From the NCBI RefSeq assembly GCF_036676075.1, contig NZ_JAKFDQ010000016.1, positions 104,071-168,070 on the forward strand: DNA of 64,000 bases, in the 5' to 3' direction. Under the pieces are notes generated by a model. It worked only from the letters and a program-made list of their open reading frames with translations. It made no database searches and was not told where the DNA came from. The translations under genes and the position numbers were made by a program. This document shows positions 37,729 through 47,067 of this stretch, piece after piece. Position 1 is the stretch's first letter, and the number at the start of each line of letters is the position of its first letter. This DNA is from Flavihumibacter sp. GTDB taxonomy: Bacteria; Bacteroidota; Bacteroidia; Chitinophagales; Chitinophagaceae.

Positions 37729-38802
37729 TTGTCTATGTTCATACTCGATGCACATCTCGACCTGTCAATGAATGCGATGGAATGGAACCGCAATCTCCGG
37801 CTGCCGGTGGACCAGATCAATGCCCGGGAAAAGCATCTCACGGATAAGCCTGACCGCGGAAAGGCAGTGGTATCTTTACCCGAGCTGAGGAAGGGCAATA
37901 TCGGGTTAGTGGTAGCCACACAGATCGCACGCTATGTTGCTCCCGATAATAAATTGCCAGGATGGCATTCGCCCGAGCAGGCATGGGCTCAAACACAGGG
38001 GCAGCTTGCCTGGTACAGGACCATGGAAGCCGCAGGTGAAATGGTCCAGGTAAAAGACCGCGAAAGCCTCGAAACACATCTTCGGTTATGGATGGATGAT
38101 AGTGAGAACAGTTCAAAGCCGGTGGGTTACATACTGAGCCTGGAAGGCGCTGATTCACTGGTGGATATTTCATATTTAGAGAAAGCTTACCACGATGGAT
38201 TGAGAGCAGTGGGACCAGCACATTATGGTCCGGGCCGATATGCCCAGGGCACGGATGCCACCGGCCCTTTAGGCAGTGCCGGCAGGGAATTATTGAAAGA
38301 GATGGAGCGACTCAATATCATTTTAGATGCAACGCATTTATGTGACGACAGTTTTTGGGAAGCGCTGGAAAATTTCAATGGACATGTATGGGCGAGTCAC
38401 AATAATTGCCGTGCACTGGTAGATCATAACCGTCAGTACAGTGATGACCAGATCAAAGCATTGATTGAAAGAGGCGCTGTAATTGGCGGCGCCATGGATG
38501 CATGGATGATGGTACCCGGCTGGGTGCGTGGTAAATCGGATCCGCTCAGCATGGGTTGCAATCTTGAATCGCTGATCGATCATATGGATCATATCTGCCA
38601 GCTCGCAGGCAATAGTTTACATGTAGGGATAGGATCCGATCTTGACGGTGCCTTTGGGAAAGAGCAATGCCCCTATGATGTAGAGAGCATTTCCGATATC
38701 AGTAAGCTGGAAGGCCTGCTGCGGGCTCGTGGCTATGCTGATACCGATATCACCAATATCATGCACGGCAACTGGATCAGATTCCTTAAAAATGCGTGGT
38801 GA
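37729..38802 (+). CDS. membrane dipeptidase (M19/amidohydrolase)
   Basis: DAHLD, SLEGAD, LDATH, ASHNN, GSDLDG. Confidence 0.9.
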   Translation: MSMFILDAHLDLSMNAMEWNRNLRLPVDQINAREKHLTDKPDRGKAVVSLPELRKGNIGLVVATQIARYVAPDNKLPGWHSPEQAWAQTQGQLAWYRTMEAAGEMVQVKDRESLETHLRLWMDDSENSSKPVGYILSLEGADSLVDISYLEKAYHDGLRAVGPAHYGPGRYAQGTDATGPLGSAGRELLKEMERLNIILDATHLCDDSFWEALENFNGHVWASHNNCRALVDHNRQYSDDQIKALIERGAVIGGAMDAWMMVPGWVRGKSDPLSMGCNLESLIDHMDHICQLAGNSLHVGIGSDLDGAFGKEQCPYDVESISDISKLEGLLRARGYADTDITNIMHGNWIRFLKNAW

Positions 38803-38828
38803 TTCAACAACATGGTCGGAAGATAAAT

Positions 38829-39548
38829 TTAATCCACACGACTTGCTTGAACCAACTCAGAATTGTATTGAATACCAGCCGGCGCTCTCCCATGAATTTT
38901 GATATAGCTCCTCGCCGTTATGATCAACCATGAAACATAAGCCAGGATCAATAACCTGTTCACATATCCCCCCAATGCAATAACACCATCAGGAACAGAT
39001 TCAGGTGGCGCAGCATTTTCAGCATATTCAATTCCCGCATTTTGAAATCCACTCATCATCAACATCATCGCAGCAACCATTAATACTAAACTAAGCCAGG
39101 TGGAATGTGCCGATAATAGCAACCGCTTTTTATCCGCTGCCCAATATGGTTTTTTACTGAGATGATAACTGATCAGCAATGCCGCAATAATCAGGGTGGG
39201 TATTCCAAGTGCAGCCGCTAGGCCATGAAGCGGATGTTCAACATCAAAGGCCGCCGCCATTGCTGTGCCGATGCCGGAAACAAATAATAAGAAAACACCT
39301 GCTTTTGCCCAGATCGATGAAACCTCTTTCTTTAAAATTATCGCAAGGCAAATAGTACTGCATCCCCAAAACAAAAAGAATAGGGTTAGTGCCCACTGGT
39401 GACTGCCCAATGCGTATTCACTCACCATTCGCCAGGAGGGGTCAAACTCCGGACTAATAAAATGCAGTATTACCAACAGCAGCAATGCAAGAACAGAGCT
39501 GATTATTACAAGCTTAGCCACACTTGTATTTTGTTCTGAATTTTCCAT
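38829..39548 (-). CDS. DUF998-like membrane protein, copy 1
   Basis: LHFISPEFDPSWRMVSEYA; multi-TM. Confidence 0.78.
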   Translation of the reverse strand: MENSEQNTSVAKLVIISSVLALLLLVILHFISPEFDPSWRMVSEYALGSHQWALTLFFLFWGCSTICLAIILKKEVSSIWAKAGVFLLFVSGIGTAMAAAFDVEHPLHGLAAALGIPTLIIAALLISYHLSKKPYWAADKKRLLLSAHSTWLSLVLMVAAMMLMMSGFQNAGIEYAENAAPPESVPDGVIALGGYVNRLLILAYVSWLIITARSYIKIHGRAPAGIQYNSELVQASRVD

Positions 39549-39565
39549 GACGCAAGATTTTGAAG

Positions 39566-40207
39566 TTATAAACCCAATAATATTTTAGCGATCAGTAGCA
39601 GCCAGAGGATATAAGTAAATACAAGTATTCTGTTGGCATAGCCGGCAACTGCAATAACACCAGGCGGCACCGATTCAGGTGGTGTTGCATCGGGGCCCAT
39701 GGGCATACCGGCTTTCTTGAAACCGGACATCATGATGATCATGGTAACAACCATCAGCACGATACTGATCCAGGTGGAATGAGCCGATAGCAGTACCGAT
39801 GATCTGTATTCACTCCAATATCCCGTGGACGGAAGACGATAACTTATCAGCAAAGCGGCGATGGGAAGGAAAGGCACGCCCAGCACGGCAGAGAGCCCAT
39901 GCAGTTTATGTTTGGCATCAAATAGTCCGCCCATGATGGCACCGATTCCTGAAATAAAGAGCAGTACCACACCAATCTTTGCCCAGTTACTGCTTACAAT
40001 TCCCCATAGAGAAATGGCGAGCAGAATAGAGCTTAAGCCCCATAGAAAAAAGAAAGCGGTGAGCAGCCATTTATGTTTGCCAAAGGCATATTCACTCACC
40101 ATGCGCCAGCTGGCTTTAAACTCCGGACTCACAAAATGAAGCACCAGCAGGCATGCCAGTGAAAGAATTCCAGCAATCAGGCTGGCAAGAGCAAGCGTAT
40201 TTTCCAT
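39566..40207 (-). CDS. DUF998-like membrane protein, copy 2; start revised
   Basis: LHFVSPEFKASWRMVSEYA; paralog of the adjacent gene. Confidence 0.78.
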   Translation of the reverse strand: MENTLALASLIAGILSLACLLVLHFVSPEFKASWRMVSEYAFGKHKWLLTAFFFLWGLSSILLAISLWGIVSSNWAKIGVVLLFISGIGAIMGGLFDAKHKLHGLSAVLGVPFLPIAALLISYRLPSTGYWSEYRSSVLLSAHSTWISIVLMVVTMIIMMSGFKKAGMPMGPDATPPESVPPGVIAVAGYANRILVFTYILWLLLIAKILLGL

Positions 40208-40341
40208 AACATAATTTTTAATTCCGCAACCTTCTGGTTGCAAATATAAATGCAACCGATGAGTTGCGCAAATATTTTTTTAGGGGTATTATTCAAATAG
40301 GGTGGGATTAGATATTTACGGCTGCCGGCAATGAATAAATT

Positions 40342-40761
40342 TTATTGCAGAAGATAGTTTTTAAGAGATTCCCCGATAATCTGGTTCCATCCTTCCTGGT
40401 AATTTTCAGGGGCAAAAGCAGGCCCGCCATCGGCGAGGTTTTCAATTCCTTCGTGGGTTAGTTTCACAAGGGTGCTATCGCCTTCCGGAACTAACTCCCA
40501 GGTTAGGAGGGAAGTTCCCTTGCTGTGATGGGGATGGGTCCATGTATGCTGCAGCAGCTTCTTTGGCTCAACGCAGGTAATGGTGCAACGGTGGAGATAC
40601 TGATGCTCTTCACCCGGCTCATAAAACTCAAATACAGCCCCTTCTTCGACCTTAAAGCCGGGGATTGTAAAATACCACTCCCTCATAGCCTCGGGGTCAG
40701 TGATGGCCTTCCAGATTATTTCTGCAGGCACTCCAAATTTTTGTTCAATGATGATAGGCAT
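40342..40761 (-). CDS. SRPBCC/Aha1-domain protein
   Basis: IWKAITDPEAMREWY...EGWNQII. Confidence 0.88.
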   Translation of the reverse strand: MPIIIEQKFGVPAEIIWKAITDPEAMREWYFTIPGFKVEEGAVFEFYEPGEEHQYLHRCTITCVEPKKLLQHTWTHPHHSKGTSLLTWELVPEGDSTLVKLTHEGIENLADGGPAFAPENYQEGWNQIIGESLKNYLLQ

Positions 40762-40886
40762 TTAGGTGATTTTATGGGTGTTTAAAGCTCAGAAATTGCC
40801 TGTTAGGCCTTATCTAATTTAATTAATCTATTTAAATGGATCGTTCAGGTATAGCAGGAGGGTTGTTTGGCATAATTTTCAGTGCT

Positions 40887-41128
40887 GTGGACGCTTTGAG
40901 GACTACTCATTGACTACTAAAAGACGCTTCAAAGACGCTTCAAAGACGCTTCAAAGACGCTTCAAAGGCGTTTCAAAGACGTTTCTGACACGCTTCTGAG
41001 TCGCTTAGAGAAAGCTTAGAGAAAGCTTAGAGAAAGCTCAGAGAAGGCTTAGAGAAAGCTTAGAGACGGCTCTTAGTCGGCTCTTCGTCGGCTTTTCGTC
41101 GGCTTCAAACACCGCTCATATGTCGCTT
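40887..41128. repeat. 11-bp-period drifting tandem repeat (about 22 units)
   Basis: AAAGACGCTTC x4 exact from 40920, grading into GAGAAAGCTTA-type and then TCGTCGGCTTY units in unbroken register. Confidence 0.92.
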
Positions 41129-41257
41129 GTCTGGTCTTAAAAAAACTTTACACCTGTTTATAATCAGGCGGGGGGTGTAAGTACCGGAAATATTGGTGTA
41201 AAGGCCTTTTGCATTAACAACCAAAGGCTCTATTTTTATAAATCTAAGAGATGAGTT

Positions 41258-41482
41258 ATGGAGAAAATGCCGGTTGTAATAGATTATCTGAAACGTGCTG
41301 CTGTTTTTGATTATGCAAAAATTGAAGAGTATTGCAGTGTGCCCGCTGCATTGATAATTGATGCAGTGAATGGAAATAATAAATTGGATGAGATCCAGGT
41401 AAGAAGACTTGAATGGTTTTTAGGAATGCTAGGTATTGATTTCAGGATTGTGGAGAAGCTTGATGGGGATAAGAAAGCTTAG
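41258..41482 (+). CDS. 74-aa small protein, possible Cro-like HTH
   Basis: AKIEEYCSVPAALIIDAVNG resembles an HTH; AT-rich upstream region. Confidence 0.5.
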   Translation: MEKMPVVIDYLKRAAVFDYAKIEEYCSVPAALIIDAVNGNNKLDEIQVRRLEWFLGMLGIDFRIVEKLDGDKKA

Positions 41483-41497
41483 GAAATTACAGCAGAT

Positions 41498-41917
41498 TCA
41501 TCTTCTACCGGGCTCCGTGCCTGTATTATTAACTCTCCTAAACATCACATTGGGACTTGATTCATCCTTATAGAGTGTAAGGAAAGATTGATCCACATTT
41601 ACGATCTGTATAGTATCATCTTCAATTACTAATTTATTACCTGGAAGCAGCTTATAGTCTGAAATTTTATTATTCCCCTCGTCGCCACCGGGCTGGTCAG
41701 ATTCATATTCCCCCTGTGGCGAAAATCTGATAGTCAGCCCCTTGTTTAAGCTATTATAGCTTTCAAGCTCAGCATCCATCTCTTTGGTTGTTTCAGATTC
41801 GGTATAAAACTTTAGAAACGCCCATTTCCCAATTAGTAATTTTGAAGAATCTTCATTTGAGCAGCATAGTAAAAAGGTGGTAGATAATACTAATAAAGTC
41901 AATAAAGTTAAGCGCAT
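41498..41917 (-). CDS. lipocalin-like lipoprotein
   Basis: Cys-containing signal peptide and LIGKW motif. Confidence 0.65.
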   Translation of the reverse strand: MRLTLLTLLVLSTTFLLCCSNEDSSKLLIGKWAFLKFYTESETTKEMDAELESYNSLNKGLTIRFSPQGEYESDQPGGDEGNNKISDYKLLPGNKLVIEDDTIQIVNVDQSFLTLYKDESSPNVMFRRVNNTGTEPGRR

Positions 41918-41947
41918 AGAGATGGTGTTAAGGAAACAAAGAATCGT

Positions 41948-42490
41948 CTATTGCCCCTGTGATTTTACTTTGTCTATTAATGTTGCCATAAGCTCGTCAA
42001 AAGATATTTTAAGTCCGTTGGCAGAAATGCTTAAAGGAGTTCCATACATGTTATAATTCATCTGCATCATCTTTCTTTTAAAACCACTGGTTTGTTTGTC
42101 AATATATTCCTGTGGATTTTTTACATGCAGCATTATGAGTTTTTGACGGTGCATTTCCATTACTGAAATGTCCTCCAGGTCTGACCATAAAATTTGCCCG
42201 GCCGAAACACCACTTGAATTATCTGTAACCCCTGTACCGTCTATAATTAAACCGGGTTTGTTGTCTGATAGCTTACGAAAGAACAGGAAAGCAAAAAGCC
42301 CAAATATTAATATGGAGGCAAAGCCAACAATGGCAAGTTTTGTTGGATTACCCCAATAGGGATTGGAAATGGGAGGGGGTGATATTACAAACCAAAATCC
42401 AATGCCAACGAATGCCAATGATCCTAAAAGCATTAAGAGTATTTTTTTCTTGCTTAGTTCGATCTCTATGATTTCTGCAGATGTTTCCAT
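41948..42490 (-). CDS. STM3941-like two-TM protein
   Basis: PGLIIDGTGVTDNSS...ILWSDL...ISANGLKISFDEL. Confidence 0.65.
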   Translation of the reverse strand: METSAEIIEIELSKKKILLMLLGSLAFVGIGFWFVISPPPISNPYWGNPTKLAIVGFASILIFGLFAFLFFRKLSDNKPGLIIDGTGVTDNSSGVSAGQILWSDLEDISVMEMHRQKLIMLHVKNPQEYIDKQTSGFKRKMMQMNYNMYGTPLSISANGLKISFDELMATLIDKVKSQGQ

Positions 42491-42545
42491 AAAAATTTAT
42501 TAGGGTTATGTGGATTTATAAATATACATAATCGCAACATTATAT

Positions 42546-43382
42546 TTACCTGCCGAAAGCCTTTCCTGGTGTTACGCCATAAAAATTCCTGAACTCTTTT
42601 ATAAAATGTGCCTGGTCGTAATATCCAACATCAAAGAAGAGCTTGTTTTGTTTAAGACTCTGTTTTGAAGGTTTTGCCTTCAGGATATTTTGGAAGCGAA
42701 TAACCTTGCTAAATGTCTTAGGCGTGTCGCCAATATAAAATTCAAAGAGCCGCCTAAGTTGGCGATAGCTAATACCTGTATTTATATCCTTTTCAATATC
42801 CAGTACGCCAGCCCTGCTAAGGATAATTTCAATAGCCTCATAAAGCCTGGGATCATTATCGAACTTTGATTTTTGAAGAACTTCTGTGAAGTAAGTATCA
42901 AGTATCTTTTTAGCTTCACCAATATTTTGTATTGCATTAAAATGACTGGCAATGAAATGGGAAGTTGCCGGTACCACCATTTGAAGTTCTTCAAAGCGAT
43001 TGCTTAATTCGGAGGCATCCACTTTGAATAGTTGCGGAAACATGGTTGGTAAGAAACGAACGCCAATATAATTGAAAGAATGATGGAGCGGGAACTCAGT
43101 GAACTTCTTACAAAATCCCATTACGAAGTTGTCGGCCGGATTATTCAGTTCAAAAAATATGTCAATACAGCCATCTGCTACTACACGATAAGTGAAAGGC
43201 GATGAAAGCGGCCTGGTGCTTTTGAGCTGCCAATAGCAATAAATTACATTTTGTAGTTCAAGGGCAGGCAACATTTCTATGTAGCTAACATCTTCAGCCG
43301 ATTGTTTAACGGTTGGCTGAATTGGTTTATATAGTTGCCGTATGGTGTTATTTAAATTCAACATGCTCTCCGTCAAAGTCAA
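42546..43382 (-). CDS. AraC-family regulator (DUF6597-like N-domain)
   Basis: VADGCIDIFF; C-terminal HTH ending GYYDQAHFIKEF. Confidence 0.88.
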   Translation of the reverse strand: MTLTESMLNLNNTIRQLYKPIQPTVKQSAEDVSYIEMLPALELQNVIYCYWQLKSTRPLSSPFTYRVVADGCIDIFFELNNPADNFVMGFCKKFTEFPLHHSFNYIGVRFLPTMFPQLFKVDASELSNRFEELQMVVPATSHFIASHFNAIQNIGEAKKILDTYFTEVLQKSKFDNDPRLYEAIEIILSRAGVLDIEKDINTGISYRQLRRLFEFYIGDTPKTFSKVIRFQNILKAKPSKQSLKQNKLFFDVGYYDQAHFIKEFRNFYGVTPGKAFGR

Positions 43383-43861
43383 ACTTTTTTCCTTACCGGA
43401 ATCCAGATCTCTTCTTCAGAATCAGGATCGTCATTTTTATACTTTGATCCCATCAGGGCAAAATGTGGTCTTTCATCTACAACGAAATTTGACTGGGGCA
43501 TCCATGTTGAGAAAATGTATTGATAGGTTTTTGCTGCTTCACGGGCGGGACCTTTGTGTATAAAAATTGCGTATAGTCCCTCGGGAATAGTAACAACATT
43601 CATGCCTGCCGGAACCCGGTCAAAATCTGACACCTCGGTAGCTGCCCACTTTTCAAAAGCACTCGTTGGATTGAAATGCTTAAAGAAATCTGGCGGATAA
43701 ATTTCAAGCGAATACAAGTCAGCGCCAACACTGTTTATTATTTCCGCTCTTCTGGGCATAAACATTTGCCATAATTCCCTGGTCTTATTATTCGCAAATG
43801 ACATCTCCGTTTTAAGTCCAGCCAATTTCTTTTTAGTCAGAATTTCTAGTCTTGGTTCCAT
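43379..43861 (-). CDS. GyrI-like small-molecule-binding protein
   Basis: GLYAIFIHKG, YIFSTWMP, EEEIWIPV. Confidence 0.88.
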   Translation of the reverse strand: MEPRLEILTKKKLAGLKTEMSFANNKTRELWQMFMPRRAEIINSVGADLYSLEIYPPDFFKHFNPTSAFEKWAATEVSDFDRVPAGMNVVTIPEGLYAIFIHKGPAREAAKTYQYIFSTWMPQSNFVVDERPHFALMGSKYKNDDPDSEEEIWIPVRKKV

Positions 43862-43880
43862 TATTATTTCCAGGTCAATA

Positions 43881-44651
43881 TTAAATCTCTGTTACCTTAT
43901 CGCCGGTTTTCGGTTGAACTTTCAATGTTTTCTTTGTTACTTTCAGATCTTTGAAATACCCAATCGTACCTATATCCACATATAGTCCGATTCCCCCTTT
44001 TTTATGTGTGCCGAGCAATTTGTCAACTATGAAAGTAGAATATTTCATGTCATTTATAAACATTTCGGCCGTTTCTCCGTTCACTTCGATCCGCATGGTG
44101 ATCCACTCATTCAATGCAACAGGGGCGGAGCCTTCATATTTGAATGGGGCGATCTTTCGCAATGTATCAAATTTATAATGTGGATACGATATGTATTGCA
44201 CTGCATGATTCCTGTATTGCTGGTTGTTGACTCTGCCAACTTTTGGTCTTACATAAATGCTCTCAAAAGCAGAATCGTTTTCTGCCACCCGAAAGTATAA
44301 CCCAATAAATCCTGCGATTCCCGCATAAGGCGCTGGATTTTGAAGCTGGCTATACATTTTCACTTCTATGGTTCCATTTTCAAAATCATCCAGCCCGGCA
44401 AGTTTGGCATAGTGTGGCTCGTCTACTGTTTCTTCAATATTAGTGCTGTCAAAAGGGATAGCAGTGAGATCCCGTTCTATTTTTAGAACATCCTTACCCT
44501 GGAATTTGATTATTTCTCCTGTAACATTATGCAGCTCGAAAGTTTGTTTACCCAGCTTTAACTGCTGTCTGTTCAAGGCATTTTGAGCCACTGCACCAAA
44601 GGAGATGCCCAAAACGAAACAAAGGGTTGAAATCAGGAATTTGGTATTCAT
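43881..44651 (-). CDS. exported DUF1080-like beta-sandwich protein; start revised
   Basis: Signal peptide; FENGTIEV, EWITMRIEV, GIGLYVDIGT.GYFKDL. Confidence 0.6.
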   Translation of the reverse strand: MNTKFLISTLCFVLGISFGAVAQNALNRQQLKLGKQTFELHNVTGEIIKFQGKDVLKIERDLTAIPFDSTNIEETVDEPHYAKLAGLDDFENGTIEVKMYSQLQNPAPYAGIAGFIGLYFRVAENDSAFESIYVRPKVGRVNNQQYRNHAVQYISYPHYKFDTLRKIAPFKYEGSAPVALNEWITMRIEVNGETAEMFINDMKYSTFIVDKLLGTHKKGGIGLYVDIGTIGYFKDLKVTKKTLKVQPKTGDKVTEI

Positions 44652-44782
44652 TATTTTAGTTTTTAATAAATTATACCACAAAGATGCGTTGGCATACAGG
44701 CTCCGTCCAATGAACTGTATTAAGAAAAACCATTGATCTAGGTTAAGGTTTTTACGTGTGAGTATTCTTCAACGTTAATTCT

Positions 44783-45176
44783 TTACAATTCGAAAGTAGG
44801 TATAACAGGGATGTTGGTTTTCAAGTAAGCTATTAATTCACAATTTGAAAGTAGTTGTAGAAGGTATGTTGTTTTTTAAGTTCGATATTAATTTACAATT
44901 CGAAAGTAGATGTTGAAGGGAAATTGTTTCTTGAGATCGATATTAATTTACAATTCGATAGTAGGTGTAGGGGGATGTTGAAATTTATCGGCGTGAGCTA
45001 CTTTCGATTTGTAAGAAATCAATACACTGAGTTATAGGTAGCAGTTGTTCTGTACTTTCGATTTGTAAGAAATCAATACACTGAGTTATAGGTAGCAGTT
45101 GTTCTGTACTTGCGATTTGTAATAAATCAATAGAATGGTGTATAGTAACTAGTGTAACTGTACATTCCATTTGCAA
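44783..45176. repeat. divergent repeat array A: 4 forward + 4 inverted copies of TTACAAWTCGAAAGTAG, 54-55 bp period
   Basis: Forward copies at 44783, 44838, 44893, 44948; inverted copies at 44998, 45052, 45106 and 45160 (degenerate). Confidence 0.92.
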
Positions 45177-45316
45177 GAAATCCATACAATTTGTTTAAGG
45201 TTTTTATATTGGCGGTAGTTTCTATTGTACAGTATCGCAACTGAGCACTAGTTGTCAACTTCACCGGCTTTGCAGTAAAAGCAAATAAAAAATCTACTAA
45301 CTTTATTTATCAATAT

Positions 45317-45898
45317 ATGCTCATGCACCAACTACACAGTTATCTTAATGCATATGCTTCAAATCCAGTTACAGACGAAGACTTTGAAATAATTAAAAGC
45401 CATTTCACCAACAAGACCCTACGAAAAAGACAATATTTTTTAGAAGAGGGGGAAATATGTAAACATTTTGCTTATATCATTAAAGGCGCTATGCGAAAGT
45501 ATCATGTAGACGACCAGGGAAAAGAACATGTAGTAGACCTTTATATTGAGAATTGGTGGGCAGGTGACCTTGAGAGCTTTGTTATGCTAAAACCTAGTAT
45601 CTATTACGTAGATGCCTGCGAAGATTGTGAATTGATGCTCATTACAAATGAAAGCAAAATAAAATTGTGTAGTCAATTACCTTCTTTTAATCAATTCTTA
45701 TTAAAGCTTGATGAGAGAAATCATATTGCTACACAAAGAAGAATAACTTCTACAATCAGCTCTTCTGCCAAAGTTCGTTATGACGATTTTGCAAGTTGTT
45801 ATCCTGAATTTTTACAACGCTTTCCTCAACATATCATCGCCTCCTACCTGGGCATTACAAAAGAAACCCTTAGCCGTGTGCGTAGCCAGGTTTCTTAA
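45317..45898 (+). CDS. Crp/Fnr-family transcriptional regulator
   Basis: cNMP-binding fold and C-terminal IASYLGITKETLSR HTH. Confidence 0.92.
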   Translation: MLMHQLHSYLNAYASNPVTDEDFEIIKSHFTNKTLRKRQYFLEEGEICKHFAYIIKGAMRKYHVDDQGKEHVVDLYIENWWAGDLESFVMLKPSIYYVDACEDCELMLITNESKIKLCSQLPSFNQFLLKLDERNHIATQRRITSTISSSAKVRYDDFASCYPEFLQRFPQHIIASYLGITKETLSRVRSQVS

Positions 45899-45926
45899 AA
45901 CATAAACCACTGTATACTTTTTAGAC

Positions 45927-45944
45927 TGTTGACATTTGTCAACA
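45927..45944. promoter_or_regulatory. palindromic operator candidate TGTTGACA-TT-TGTCAACA
   Basis: Perfect 8-bp arms between the Crp gene and the downstream operon. Confidence 0.6.
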
Positions 45945-46024
45945 TTTTATTTTACCATATATCATCGTTTTAAGCTTATCATTCTATGCAAATTTGTGCT
46001 ATCAAGCATTTAAATTTTAAAACG

Positions 46025-46678
46025 ATGTCAAAGAATCCCACCATAGGTCTTGCTGGCCTTCTTCGTCCTGAAGATAGTATAGTTGTACTGATCGATCACC
46101 AACCTTATCAGTTCACAAATCTGAACAGCCATGAACCAACAATGATTATTAATAATGTTGTCGGTCTTGCAAAAACAGCAAAAGTATTTAAGGTGCCAAC
46201 TATTCTTACCACCGTCATTGAAGAGCGGGGTGGTTACATCATCAAAGGATTACAGGATGTATTCCCTGAACAAAAACCCATAAACCGTACGTTCATCAAC
46301 ACCTGGGAAGATCCGAAGGTGACTAATATCGTAAATGAAAGCGGTCGTAAGCAACTTATACTTGCCGGACTATTCACTGAGATCTGTGTGGTTATGCCAG
46401 CAATTCAGGCACTGGAAGAAGGGTATGAAGTATTCGTTGTGACCGATGCCTGTGGCGGTGTAAGTTCAGAAGCTCATGACATGGCAGTACGCCGTTTGGT
46501 TCAAGCAGGTGTTGTTCCGATTAACTGGATGGCTGTAGCAGGTGAATGGCAGCGCGACTGGGCCCGTACCGATACGGCAGCTGGTATGGCTAGCGTCATT
46601 TTGGAGCACGGTGGAGCTAGTGGTATTTCTTTAGCCTGGGAATTACAGCTTCTTGCAACTCCTCCTGAAGCACATTAA
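46025..46678 (+). CDS. YcaC-like isochorismatase-family hydrolase; start revised
   Basis: LIDHQP, INTWED, LFTEICV, VVTDACGG. Confidence 0.88.
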   Translation: MSKNPTIGLAGLLRPEDSIVVLIDHQPYQFTNLNSHEPTMIINNVVGLAKTAKVFKVPTILTTVIEERGGYIIKGLQDVFPEQKPINRTFINTWEDPKVTNIVNESGRKQLILAGLFTEICVVMPAIQALEEGYEVFVVTDACGGVSSEAHDMAVRRLVQAGVVPINWMAVAGEWQRDWARTDTAAGMASVILEHGGASGISLAWELQLLATPPEAH

Positions 46679-46700
46679 GGATAGATCTAAAATTATAATC

Positions 46701-47057
46701 ATGAATAATAATTTGGCTTCTCTTATGGAAGAGAATCTATCCCGGGTATGGAGTGAAAGGAACGCTTCCCTTAGATTTAATTCAATACAAACCATTTATA
46801 CTGCGGATAGTAGTTTATATCATACCGGGCATCAAATATCAGGGCATGAGGCTATCAACGAAAGCGTCAATAACCTACTTGCGGATATGCCTGCCGCTTT
46901 TACATTTTTTAAACTTAAACCAGTTGTTATCAATAATATTATTGGACGACTAATCTGGGGGATGGGACCCAATATAGATTCGCTTGTTGGCAAGGGAATG
47001 GATATAGCTGTGTTTGAAGAGGGGAAAATAAAATCATTATACGTATTCCTTGATTAG
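46701..47057 (+). CDS. SnoaL/NTF2-like protein; start revised
   Basis: VWSERN...GMDIAVFEEGKIKSLYVF. Confidence 0.75.
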   Translation: MNNNLASLMEENLSRVWSERNASLRFNSIQTIYTADSSLYHTGHQISGHEAINESVNNLLADMPAAFTFFKLKPVVINNIIGRLIWGMGPNIDSLVGKGMDIAVFEEGKIKSLYVFLD

Positions 47058-47067
47058 ACATAAGAAC

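Noticed and set aside
44783-45176. 55-bp arrays as CRISPR (also 59053-59453)
   Set aside because: The conserved core is only 17 bp, the linkers are near-identical rather than unique, orientation flips mid-array, and there are no cas genes.
44985-45185. 66-aa ORF with the repeated peptide IDFLQIESTEQLLPITQC
   Set aside because: It is a by-product of the 54-bp DNA period being a multiple of three; the homologous array B has 55-bp units that break the frame.
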